Shown here: one piece after another, positions 51,100 through 60,000 of the stretch
How the letters are laid out: each line of letters opens with the position of its first letter
Position numbering within the stretch: the stretch's first letter is position 1
Origin: an uncultured virus (IMG/VR IMGVR_UViG_3300031673_000002)
Lineage: Duplodnaviria > Heunggongvirae > Uroviricota > Caudoviricetes
Direction: 5' to 3' (one strand)
Length of the DNA: 64,000 nucleotides
IMG/VR virus record: IMGVR_UViG_3300031673_000002
Position numbers and translations under genes: made by a program
Notes under the pieces: model-generated
What the model was told of the DNA's origin: nothing
What the model saw: the letters and a program-made list of their open reading frames with translations, nothing else
The model's database searches: none

Positions 51100-53517
51100 A
51101 TGGCCGTCGTAATTGATCCCGACAACCTGACCCAAGGCGCATCGACCGCTGTTTCCGACATGGCGGGCGGTGCCCCCACCGGACAGGTGGTAGCATTCAC
51201 TAGCGCCGGTTCCAACTTCCCAGCGTTGACTGCCAACATGTACTTCGAGATTCGCGAGCACTCGCAGTCTGAGTACAATGGTCTGTGGCAAGAGTCGGGC
51301 GGTTCTCCAACGACAGCGGCGGTGACCGCGACGAAGGTTGACGGCATCACACTCCCGGGCGGATCAACCGGCGCTGAGGCTGTCACTTGGCTCGGCGACA
51401 GCGGCGCGGCGGCGAACGAGAAGAGCATCTTCTTCGACACGGCTGCCTTCCGTATCCGGGTGCTCGAACAAGGGAACGTGTCAACGGACGGCGTTCTCTT
51501 CCAGGCAGCCTACTCCTTCGCGAAAGAGGAGTGGAAGGCTGACAACTTCCTCAACCCGTTCGACTTCCCGTTCGTGGCCGTTACGCCCGAACAGTTTGAA
51601 ATGATCGACGACTGGCGTTTCTATGACGACACCACCCGCAAGCTCATGCGTACGGGTGGTTGGCGTGAGATCGACGCCAGCGACGTGCTCCTCGCCGAGT
51701 ACGCCGGAGTCATCACCCTCGGTACCTTCGAGGCCGGCGCTGACACTGCCTACTACCAGGTGGGTAGCGATCCGACGGACACTGGCGCCGCGACCAACTT
51801 CACCTTCTCCGGTCCTGTCAATGAGGCGATCCTCACGTATGAACTCAACGTCGGTCCCGACGTAGGTACTGGCTTCGAGTTCGCCAACACCAGCCCTGAC
51901 ACCATCATCCGCAACGATGCGGGATCGTGGATCACGGATGGCTACCGCGTAGGCGGCCAGGTCACAGTCATCGACGCCACAGTCTCGGCCAACGATGGCA
52001 CCTACGCCATCTCCGCCGTCACTACGGGTACGCTTACGGTTACGGCTATCGGCGGCGGCGACGCTGGCCTGACTGCCGACACTGGGGACAACACAGCCCG
52101 CTTCGCACGAAACTACCGAAACGCCGTGAAGGTGTTCCTTCGCGTCCGCGACGGAGATCCGAACGGTAAGACCTTCGCACAGGCCGAGTTGACCGACATC
52201 GGTGTTACCGCAGTCGATAACAAGGTCTTCCGTTTCCCCATCAGCAACGCGACCGACCTCGACATCTCGGAGACGGATGCGAACATCGGTTCCAACACTC
52301 CCTACACCCAGATCCTGGTCCGGTACTTCGATCAGGCGTTCTCGCGCGATGTCGATACCCCGGCCACGCCGCGTGACTTCGGTATCGTCGTTGACGTTGG
52401 TACCTTCTCGGGCGTCGATGGCGCCACGTCGGGTGCTGGCTCTGCGCTGACCACGGCGGAGGCCGGCATCCCTTCGTCCACTTATGACGGAGGTACGCTG
52501 ACAATTCACGAAGGTGTTGACGCGGGTGTTTACACCATCACCACCGCAACAGGCGGCACGGTCAACATCTCTAGTACGTTCCCGACTGGCGCTTCTAACT
52601 CCAGCTTCACGTTGCAGCGCTCGACGCCCATCGTAGCCACGAAGAACGAGATTTACGAGAAGGTCCAGTACCTTCTTCGCCAGGCTGCCGACGTCGACTC
52701 CACCGACCAGATCGTCACGGGTAACACCGCTGACGAACTCCTCGGCTTCGTCGGTCCGACTCTGAACGTCGGCGCCGGTATCCCCACCAACCCCAATGGT
52801 GGCGGTTCCGGTGTCATCATCGAAGGGTTCGACACCAACGACACCAACTCCCTCGTCTTTACGGACAATGGAGGAACGCCGCGTACCTACCCGTTCGTCG
52901 CGGCAGGTACGATCTCGTGGAACCTCAACCTCCAGAACGACGCCAACGGCATGTTCTGGATGTACTACCAGTACACGGAGCGGTTCACGAACGCGGGCTT
53001 CAGTATCTCGGCGCCGACAGGACCTCTTGCCACGATCAACTCGTCTACGACAAGCCTCGTGGCGGAACTCGCATCCGGCGACTACATCCAGCTTTCTGGC
53101 TTTGCTAACGCTGAGAACAACGGCATCTGGGTGCTTACAGCGGCTCCCGGCGGAACAGGTCCCTGGACCGTTACAGCCCGTAAGGTCAATGGCGATACTG
53201 CGGTTGTGGAAGGCGCAGGCCCCACCGTCAGCCTCGACAAGAACCCCAGCGGGTCACCGGACGCGATCTTGGTGGACAACAACTCCGGGGCAGACATTAC
53301 GGGTTCGACTTTCGGTTCGGGCAGCACTTCGTTCGACTATGACTACGACAACAACGTCCAAGGCGGTCGTACATCGGCAACGGATGCTCAAATCCTGCTC
53401 AAGGCCATCGGCTTTGACACTGGACAGTACGTGGAAGTCACCGGTACGATCACGCGAACCACAGGTCTCACCTTCGTGATCACCTCGGCCCTCGAACGTA
53501 ACTACTCCAACCCATAG
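51100..53517 (+). CDS. Virion appendage protein with FCCH-like barrel repeats (805 aa)
   Basis: YSFAKEEWK..FPF domain; repeats YNGLW, NDGTY, DAGVY and NNGIW; ends ERNYSNP. Confidence 0.65.
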   Translation: MAVVIDPDNLTQGASTAVSDMAGGAPTGQVVAFTSAGSNFPALTANMYFEIREHSQSEYNGLWQESGGSPTTAAVTATKVDGITLPGGSTGAEAVTWLGDSGAAANEKSIFFDTAAFRIRVLEQGNVSTDGVLFQAAYSFAKEEWKADNFLNPFDFPFVAVTPEQFEMIDDWRFYDDTTRKLMRTGGWREIDASDVLLAEYAGVITLGTFEAGADTAYYQVGSDPTDTGAATNFTFSGPVNEAILTYELNVGPDVGTGFEFANTSPDTIIRNDAGSWITDGYRVGGQVTVIDATVSANDGTYAISAVTTGTLTVTAIGGGDAGLTADTGDNTARFARNYRNAVKVFLRVRDGDPNGKTFAQAELTDIGVTAVDNKVFRFPISNATDLDISETDANIGSNTPYTQILVRYFDQAFSRDVDTPATPRDFGIVVDVGTFSGVDGATSGAGSALTTAEAGIPSSTYDGGTLTIHEGVDAGVYTITTATGGTVNISSTFPTGASNSSFTLQRSTPIVATKNEIYEKVQYLLRQAADVDSTDQIVTGNTADELLGFVGPTLNVGAGIPTNPNGGGSGVIIEGFDTNDTNSLVFTDNGGTPRTYPFVAAGTISWNLNLQNDANGMFWMYYQYTERFTNAGFSISAPTGPLATINSSTTSLVAELASGDYIQLSGFANAENNGIWVLTAAPGGTGPWTVTARKVNGDTAVVEGAGPTVSLDKNPSGSPDAILVDNNSGADITGSTFGSGSTSFDYDYDNNVQGGRTSATDAQILLKAIGFDTGQYVEVTGTITRTTGLTFVITSALERNYSNP

Positions 53518-53533
53518 TCTAGGTCAGGGCGCT

Positions 53534-53935
53534 ATGATTGAACTGCTATCTCTTTGGGAGAGCGGTTGGTTTACGCCCCGCACTGAGGCGTTCATGTGGA
53601 GGCAGCTAACCGCTGCTTTCGCAGTGGACCGTCTTATCTTCGCCCCACGTATGCTGGGTCAAGAGAAGCCAGAGGAGTTCGGTTCTATCCCCGAGGCGCT
53701 GCTTTCCCTGCAAGGGGAACCCGTGTTCTTGATCCCAGGCGAGGGTGTCGATCTTGTCTCCTTCGAGCACCCAGAGAATGCTGCTTACGTTTTTGGAAAC
53801 GCAGTAGACTCAAACCTGCGCTGGGCAGCTAACCACAAGGTAGTCAGCATTAGGACACCGAACCCCGTCGACTTCTTTGGGCTCGATGCCGCTGCAATCG
53901 TTCTATACGACCGTATGGTGAAGCGTGGCTACTGA
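53534..53935 (+). CDS. Minimal SPOUT (SpoU/TrmH/TrmL-like) methyltransferase-fold protein
   Basis: FEHPENAAYVFGN..VVSIRTP..AAAIVLYDR matches the SPOUT knot region. Confidence 0.65.
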   Translation: MIELLSLWESGWFTPRTEAFMWRQLTAAFAVDRLIFAPRMLGQEKPEEFGSIPEALLSLQGEPVFLIPGEGVDLVSFEHPENAAYVFGNAVDSNLRWAANHKVVSIRTPNPVDFFGLDAAAIVLYDRMVKRGY

Positions 53936-55502
53936 TAACCGAACCACCCTGAACGATTGCTCAGCCACCACGGGCTGGACCGGTGACGACACCGTTAGCG
54001 TCGATAGCACTACGGGTCAGTCGTATGAGGGCGGAAGCTCCCTTTCCTGGCAGGCTACTAACTCCCTTAGGCATATGTACACGACGTCCATCGGAGGCAC
54101 GCGGGACCTTAGCAACGCGCAGGTCTGGATGTTGATGAAGGACAACCTCATCCAGACGCAGGCTAGCAACGGTGCGCTCCTCGTCATCAGCGATGGAACA
54201 AACCGCATCGGGTACCAGGTCGGTGGTTATGATGTCATTGGTCTGCCGCTGCCGACCTTCTTCAACAGCCATCGACTAGACGTCACGAACAAGCCTGCAT
54301 TTAATACGTTCGCTGGTTCCGAAGCCAGCCTGAACGAAGCGGCCATTACTTCTGCTGGTATTGGCACGCTCCACCTCGCGAAAGCCGTCGGCGCCATCGA
54401 CAACACCTGGGTTGATCGGCTGTCATTTATAGTGAACACAGGCTACGCGCTGACGATCGACACGGGTACCTCTGGAACCCCAGAGACGTTTGCCCTCGTC
54501 GTTGCCGACGACCTGGCGGGCGGGTTTGGCCTGATCGCAAACCCGGTCGGCAAGCAGTACACGCTGTTCGGCTCTACTGAGTTCGGCACACCTTCTGGTA
54601 CAGCGAACAGCTATTTCAACGACTCTAACTTCCAGCTTTACCTTCTTGGGTACGGGCTCGGGACAGGTAACTTCCTGATCCGGACGGTGGGCAACGGTAC
54701 CGGTACCAACAGCTTGGTGCTACAGAACGGCGTCATCGTTAACGTCGACACCCGCGCTGTCTTTAACTTCACTGACACCAACTTCAATGAGTTGAAGCTG
54801 ACCTCCGTGACGTTCACCGACTGCGGGACGATTGACTTCCCCGTAGCGTCTAGCGGAAATCGTTTTGCGAACAACTGCATCTTCAACAATTGCGATCAGA
54901 TCGACCTGTCGACGATGCACGCTGACGGTCTAATCTTCAACGGAACCACAGACGCCAATGGCGCCATTCTTTTTGACACCAACGGGCAGACGACCAACCA
55001 GACCAACTTCTCTTTCGAGTCTGATGGAACCGGGCACGCCATCTACATTACTCAGGCAGGTACGTATAACCTGAACGGGTGGGTGTACAGCGGCTATGGA
55101 GCTACCGCCAGCACAGACGCAGTCATCCACAACAATAGTGGCGGCGCGGTCATCATCAACGTAAGCGGCGGCGGTGATTCGCCTACCTACCGAAACATTG
55201 GCGGGTCCACCACCACCGTCAACGCCTCTGTCACAGTTACTTTGACTGGGTTGAAAGACGACACAGAAGTTCGGGTGTTTACAACAGCTACGCAGACGGA
55301 GCTGGCAGGCATTGAGAACGCGACAACAGGGACCACCGACAATCGGTCTTTCTCGTTCTCCCTCGGTGCAGGCACCGGGGTCGACATCCGCATCATCAAC
55401 GTGGCTTACGAGTACGTCAAGCTGACGAACTACATCATACCCACCACAGACACTTCCGTCCCGGTTCAACAGCGTGTTGATCGCAGCTACGTGAACCCGT
55501 AA
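53925..55502 (+). CDS. Virion appendage protein with beta-helix and C-terminal Ig-like domain (525 aa)
   Basis: VTFTDCG, NCIFNNCD and GTGHAIYI; VTLTGLKDDTEVRV..DRSYVNP. Confidence 0.65.
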   Translation: MATDNRTTLNDCSATTGWTGDDTVSVDSTTGQSYEGGSSLSWQATNSLRHMYTTSIGGTRDLSNAQVWMLMKDNLIQTQASNGALLVISDGTNRIGYQVGGYDVIGLPLPTFFNSHRLDVTNKPAFNTFAGSEASLNEAAITSAGIGTLHLAKAVGAIDNTWVDRLSFIVNTGYALTIDTGTSGTPETFALVVADDLAGGFGLIANPVGKQYTLFGSTEFGTPSGTANSYFNDSNFQLYLLGYGLGTGNFLIRTVGNGTGTNSLVLQNGVIVNVDTRAVFNFTDTNFNELKLTSVTFTDCGTIDFPVASSGNRFANNCIFNNCDQIDLSTMHADGLIFNGTTDANGAILFDTNGQTTNQTNFSFESDGTGHAIYITQAGTYNLNGWVYSGYGATASTDAVIHNNSGGAVIINVSGGGDSPTYRNIGGSTTTVNASVTVTLTGLKDDTEVRVFTTATQTELAGIENATTGTTDNRSFSFSLGAGTGVDIRIINVAYEYVKLTNYIIPTTDTSVPVQQRVDRSYVNP

Positions 55503-55511
55503 AGGTAATCA

Positions 55512-55727
55512 ATGAGTGACGCTCCTCAGATCATCTTCTGCCCGGCCTGCAAGGGTGATGGGTGCCGTAAGTGCGATGGTCGCGGTCAGGTGTGGTCTGA
55601 CGGCTGTACCTACTACGAGTGCCGGGAGGGTGTGGCCTGCGCTCGCGTCGCTCAATGTGCTGTATGCCCTTACGTCGAGGAGCTTACGGCCTGGAAGGAG
55701 CCTGCTGATGGCGACCAAGAAGCCTAA
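55512..55727 (+). CDS. DnaJ-type zinc-finger small protein
   Basis: CPACKGDGCRKCDGRG plus extra Cys. Confidence 0.65.
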   Translation: MSDAPQIIFCPACKGDGCRKCDGRGQVWSDGCTYYECREGVACARVAQCAVCPYVEELTAWKEPADGDQEA

Positions 55728-55974
55728 GGGAGACACCCAGGTACTCTCGGAGTCCTCCGGCGTGGCTGCTTCCTCGAAGCGCGCCCGGAAAGCGCAGGCG
55801 ATGCTCGCCGACCTCGACGCGGGTGCCGTCACCTACATGGTTATCCGTGGTAAGAATGGCGCAAGCTGGGAGCTACCGTTCGACGCGACGCTCGTCAGGT
55901 CTGCCCTCGTGCAGGAGGTAGCAGATGCCATGCGCGAGCTACGCACGCGGGGGGACACACTAGGCAAGGAGTAA
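55708..55974 (+). CDS. Hypothetical protein starting MATKKPK
   Basis: AAGGAG upstream of ATG 55708. Confidence 0.6.
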   Translation: MATKKPKGDTQVLSESSGVAASSKRARKAQAMLADLDAGAVTYMVIRGKNGASWELPFDATLVRSALVQEVADAMRELRTRGDTLGKE

Positions 55975-55977
55975 TCC

Positions 55978-57177
55978 ATGCCCGCTGTTGTAACCTTTGA
56001 CGGCCCTAACCGGCGGATCCACGAGATCAACACGGGGTTGCCACGCAACACGTTGGATCTTGTCGAGGTTTACTCCGAGTGGAAGGAGTGGGTAGCTGCT
56101 AGCTCGGCTAACGCCGGTATCGTCCAGGGGTTCCGCTACATCGGTGGTGACCCTATCACCGCCATCCAGAATGCAGGCTCTACGTTCTTCCTCATGAACG
56201 GGTGGAAGTTCGTACCCGCAGACTACAACCACCAGTTGGTCATCGACGGGAACCTGTACACGGATCCTGCTGATGGTGACAGAACAGACTTCACGACCAT
56301 CACGGCACAGGGCATCGAGGTCGTGTACTCCGTGTCTAACCTCGTCGACGCCGCTGTTGCGCGACTTGACTTGGCTCAGCTTCAGGAAGCCGTGTATCTC
56401 GACCAGTTCAGCGGGACTGCGGGAGCAGCAGAGGGCGTGGGTACTCCCACAAACCCTGCTCTTTACCTTGCTGACGCTTTCACCATCGCAGCACGGGAAG
56501 GTATTCACGCGATCTCGATCGTAGGCGACTACATACTAGACAGGTCAGTCACCAACTACCGATTCACAGGTACAGTCAGCAAGGATGCCGCGTCTCTCGA
56601 CTTGAACGGTTACCCATGCATCAGGTCCAACTTCCAAGAGATGACCCTTTCTGGAAACGCAGCGGGCTCTGCTTTGTACGGTACCAAGTGTCAAATCGGT
56701 GCCCTGACCAATTCCCTGGGGTTGTTTTACGATTGTGGTGTGTCATCCGTGTTCTCTGCTGGTACGGGCGGAAAGCTATCCTTCATCAACTGCTACTCGG
56801 ATGTACCAGGCAGCGGTAGGCCGACCATCGACCTCGCGGACAACCTATCCGACGATCTTCAGCTTCGGGGCTGGAAGGGCGGCGTCAAGATCAGCAACCT
56901 TGACGTGAACACGCAGAAGGTATCAATCGACGTGGAGTCGGGGACAGTAGAGCTAGACGCTACTTGCATCGATTGCGACTCGATAGTTCTGCGTGGTGTC
57001 GGGCACTTCATCAACAACAGCAGCATCGACCCGGCCAAAATACAGAACTACCTCGTGTCCCCGGAGTCGGTGACGAATGAGGTTCTCAACGCCGTTCTTT
57101 CAAACTACGGAGGCGCTGGAGATACGATGTCCGACGCGCTCCAGCTACTGAACGCTATCTTGGCTCTCAGCGCATAG
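55978..57177 (+). CDS. Virion appendage protein (399 aa)
   Basis: VTFDGPNRRI..VYSEWKEW..GGDPI..FFLMNGW..IDGNL N-terminal domain followed by a beta-helix-like region; AAGGAG upstream. Confidence 0.65.
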   Translation: MPAVVTFDGPNRRIHEINTGLPRNTLDLVEVYSEWKEWVAASSANAGIVQGFRYIGGDPITAIQNAGSTFFLMNGWKFVPADYNHQLVIDGNLYTDPADGDRTDFTTITAQGIEVVYSVSNLVDAAVARLDLAQLQEAVYLDQFSGTAGAAEGVGTPTNPALYLADAFTIAAREGIHAISIVGDYILDRSVTNYRFTGTVSKDAASLDLNGYPCIRSNFQEMTLSGNAAGSALYGTKCQIGALTNSLGLFYDCGVSSVFSAGTGGKLSFINCYSDVPGSGRPTIDLADNLSDDLQLRGWKGGVKISNLDVNTQKVSIDVESGTVELDATCIDCDSIVLRGVGHFINNSSIDPAKIQNYLVSPESVTNEVLNAVLSNYGGAGDTMSDALQLLNAILALSA

Positions 57178-57214
57178 CTCCGAGCCCATACTCTCCTCAG
57201 GAGTGAACAACCAC

Positions 57215-57553
57215 ATGGCAACCAAGAAGCCCAAGACCAAGACCGACGCGCTCATGCCCCTCCTGGCAGCGGCTTGCCGTAGGCTAGAGAAGGCAGAAGT
57301 GCCTTTCCCGCCTATCGTGGCCCAGTGGTGGGAGAAGAACCGGAGCGATCCGACTCCTGACGACGAGAAGGACGCGCCCGCTCCTGCCCACAAGGCGGCG
57401 AAGACACCGCCTTCACCCGAGATTCTCGCCGCTCAGAACAAACTCCATGAGATGCAGCGCCGCTTCCAGCGCATGAAGTCCCGCCGTAACCATTGGCGCG
57501 ACCTGGCTCTGAGTGTTGGGGCAGGTACAGAGGCCGAAGAGAGCGAAGACTGA
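57215..57553 (+). CDS. Hypothetical protein starting MATKKPK with C-terminal coiled coil
   Basis: AGGAG upstream; coiled-coil-like C-terminus. Confidence 0.6.
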   Translation: MATKKPKTKTDALMPLLAAACRRLEKAEVPFPPIVAQWWEKNRSDPTPDDEKDAPAPAHKAAKTPPSPEILAAQNKLHEMQRRFQRMKSRRNHWRDLALSVGAGTEAEESED

Positions 57554-57554
57554 G

Positions 57555-58502
57555 ATGCGGGCTTGGCTGGTTCTACCCGGGTCAGGGATGATGCTGTACG
57601 CCCTGCTCGGCGCGCTGAGAGCGCTTGTGGAGGCCGGATTCACCTTCAGCGGTGTGACGGGCACGTCTGGCGGGGCGCTGCTTGCAGCCGGTCTGGGGAA
57701 GCACTGGGACCCAAGCGACCCGATCGGGTCCATCGAGCGCCTGACAGCGGAGGTCAAGTCCATCGACGCGGCCAAGGTGCTCAGGAAAAGCATCAGCCTC
57801 CGCGTTTGGGAGTGGTTGCTATCGAGCGTCTTCCGTAGAGGACCCCGCGGCGCCTTCCGCACCGACGGTCTTCTCGCTCTGCTCCGTAAGCACGCGCCAG
57901 CGACCATCGGCGAGTGCGGTCTCCCCGTCCACATCACCAGCTACCAGGTCAACCTCGACTCACCACGCGCTGTGCTGTTCTCCGAACCGGACGTGGACCT
58001 ACCGCTCGCCGTCCTGGCCTCGATGTCCCTCCCGCCGCCCATCTTCGATCCGACCTACTACGGGAAAGCGATGCTTCAGGACGGAGGGTGGACGCGAAAC
58101 TTCGCTGTCCCCGACGATCAACAGCACGTTGTTGGCCTGTACCTCTCGTATATCGGTGACGAGATCGACTCCACAGGGCCTGTTGAGGACCCGAAGCACT
58201 TGGTCCCGGTCAAGGACAACATCAGCCTTTGGCTGAAGCTCGTGTTTGGCCTCATAGACACAAACATGCGCGAGAGTATCGAGGAAGCTGTAGAAGAGGG
58301 AGTCGATCTGATCAAGGTGCCCGTCCTGACGACCATCGGCGGCTTGGAGTTCTTCGCGGACGCGAACAGGATCGAGAGCGCAATTCAAGAGGGTTACACG
58401 AGTGCCCAAAAGGCACTCAATGCAATGAGGAGCAGTTATGAAGAAGATGTTTCTGGTACTGTCGACCGTGTTCGTCCTGGGAGCGGATTGCGACGAAGCT
58501 AA
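57555..58502 (+). CDS. Patatin-like phospholipase
   Basis: LVLPGSG oxyanion loop, GTSGG nucleophile, ASMSLP and DGG catalytic Asp. Confidence 0.9.
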   Translation: MRAWLVLPGSGMMLYALLGALRALVEAGFTFSGVTGTSGGALLAAGLGKHWDPSDPIGSIERLTAEVKSIDAAKVLRKSISLRVWEWLLSSVFRRGPRGAFRTDGLLALLRKHAPATIGECGLPVHITSYQVNLDSPRAVLFSEPDVDLPLAVLASMSLPPPIFDPTYYGKAMLQDGGWTRNFAVPDDQQHVVGLYLSYIGDEIDSTGPVEDPKHLVPVKDNISLWLKLVFGLIDTNMRESIEEAVEEGVDLIKVPVLTTIGGLEFFADANRIESAIQEGYTSAQKALNAMRSSYEEDVSGTVDRVRPGSGLRRS

Positions 58503-58620
58503 GCCTGTGACGGAGGCTCCTGCCTCGGTCGTTGACGCAGGCAAGGCCGCCGCTGTTACCGCCGATGCTGGTCCATCGTCGGCAGATGCAGGTCAGTCAT
58601 CGACGACCGCCGACAAGTAG
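58438..58620 (+). CDS. Small putative lipoprotein with DAG-rich tail
   Basis: GAGGAG SD; MKK, hydrophobic core, then LGADC; three DAG motifs. Confidence 0.65.
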   Translation: MKKMFLVLSTVFVLGADCDEAKPVTEAPASVVDAGKAAAVTADAGPSSADAGQSSTTADK

Positions 58621-58639
58621 TCCGCGTTCCTCGCCGACG

Positions 58640-58673
58640 GAAGAAAGCCTCAGCATTGTCTGGGGCTTTCTTC
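58640..58673 (+). terminator. Intrinsic terminator
   Basis: gaagaaagcctcag..ctggggctttcttc hairpin followed by a T-rich tail, just after 58620. Confidence 0.75.
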
Positions 58674-58714
58674 TATGCTTTGAATGTCGTAGACAACAGG
58701 CAGAGGTGTAATAC

Positions 58715-59530
58715 ATGACGAAGCGCCCGACACCACCAGAGCAGCAGTCTCAGGTGGAGACTACCAAGATAGATCCCAAGGAGTTCCTCGATCAGGCCCT
58801 TTCGGGAACAGCCGGCGGTGCGGCGCCTCGTTCTGCCGCCGAAGGCGACCGAGAGCTAGAGCCGTTCGACCTCCGTAACGTCCCTAACCGAGATGCTGTG
58901 GCGAACGCAAAGGCCAGGCAAGAGGCCGAAAAGGCCAAAGATGCGGTTGAGACCATGCTCCCACCGGAAGCGGAGAAGTCGGTCCTTGAGGAGAACCTTA
59001 AAGGCGACACCATCAGCCGCCTGGAAGAGCGCTTCGGCATGAAGCCCGAGGTGCTGCACGAGGTTACCATCGAAGCGAGCGGCCAGACGCTCGGGCTCAG
59101 CATGCGGCTTCCACTGTACGACGACTTCATCTGGGCAGTAGCCGACGTGACGTCCAAGGCAGAGCGTGGAGAAGACCTCTCCCTACTTAGCACGGAAGAG
59201 CAGCGCTCACAGATGCTTCAGCACCTGTCATCGTGCCGCTGCGTCATGAAGATCGATGGCGAATGGATCTGGGATGTCTTCGACTACCGAGGAGCCATCC
59301 AACAGATGTCCCCGAACTGGGACGGCGAGAGCTACATCAAGATTCCGGATGCCTTCATGGGCACGCTCGCTCGTCGCGTGTACCACCTGTTTCGCTTCCG
59401 GCTTCACCCGGACATCCTGTTCGAGACGAACAACTGCGTGACCCGGCTTCTTGAAGAGTTTGGTCCATCCCGAGTCAACGCAAAGGACGAGGAGAAAAAG
59501 AACTCCAAGGACCCTACCAGCGCGCCTTGA
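58715..59530 (+). CDS. Tail assembly chaperone (G-like)
   Basis: Two genes upstream of the tape measure; LSMRLPLYDD..LSSCRCVMKIDG..RVYHLF pattern; ends EEKKNS. Confidence 0.6.
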   Translation: MTKRPTPPEQQSQVETTKIDPKEFLDQALSGTAGGAAPRSAAEGDRELEPFDLRNVPNRDAVANAKARQEAEKAKDAVETMLPPEAEKSVLEENLKGDTISRLEERFGMKPEVLHEVTIEASGQTLGLSMRLPLYDDFIWAVADVTSKAERGEDLSLLSTEEQRSQMLQHLSSCRCVMKIDGEWIWDVFDYRGAIQQMSPNWDGESYIKIPDAFMGTLARRVYHLFRFRLHPDILFETNNCVTRLLEEFGPSRVNAKDEEKKNSKDPTSAP

Positions 59531-60000
59531 GGGCCTCGCGGCGGGACACCCTCATCTCCGCTGCTCAGGTTGCGCTGCATTACGGCGGCTACAAACTAGA
59601 CGATGCAATGGCTCTCAGCCGAGACGAGCGAGAGCTTCTCCTGGCTGTCGCGTTCGACGCCCGCGAACAGCAGTGGGAACAGCTAGAGACGATCCTAGGT
59701 ACCTCCTGGGACGTTCGGCAGTTGGCCGGCGCCCTGCTCGACAAGCCGGCTAGCGATAAGCCGAGGGCAATGCCGAACAAGATCCGTATCCCGTTGCTGC
59801 TTGCGGCGGCGCCTGACTTCTTCAAGGCGATGACGGATGAGTACAAGAAAAAGTACCAGACCATGCTCAATAACATGCAGGAGGCAGGTAGTACCGTCAT
59901 CGAAATCGGCACTCTATCCCCAGAGGAAGCGCGGGAACTGTACAAGAGCATCGGCGGCATGATCGCCTCCGCGCCAACTCCGACTGAGAGCAGAAAGTAA
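59527..60000 (+). CDS. Tail assembly chaperone T-like ORF, probably reached by -1 frameshift
   Basis: The -1 frame is open from 59455; only a TTG start with no good SD; YKLDDAMALSRDERELL motif. Confidence 0.6.
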   Translation: MRASRRDTLISAAQVALHYGGYKLDDAMALSRDERELLLAVAFDAREQQWEQLETILGTSWDVRQLAGALLDKPASDKPRAMPNKIRIPLLLAAAPDFFKAMTDEYKKKYQTMLNNMQEAGSTVIEIGTLSPEEARELYKSIGGMIASAPTPTESRK

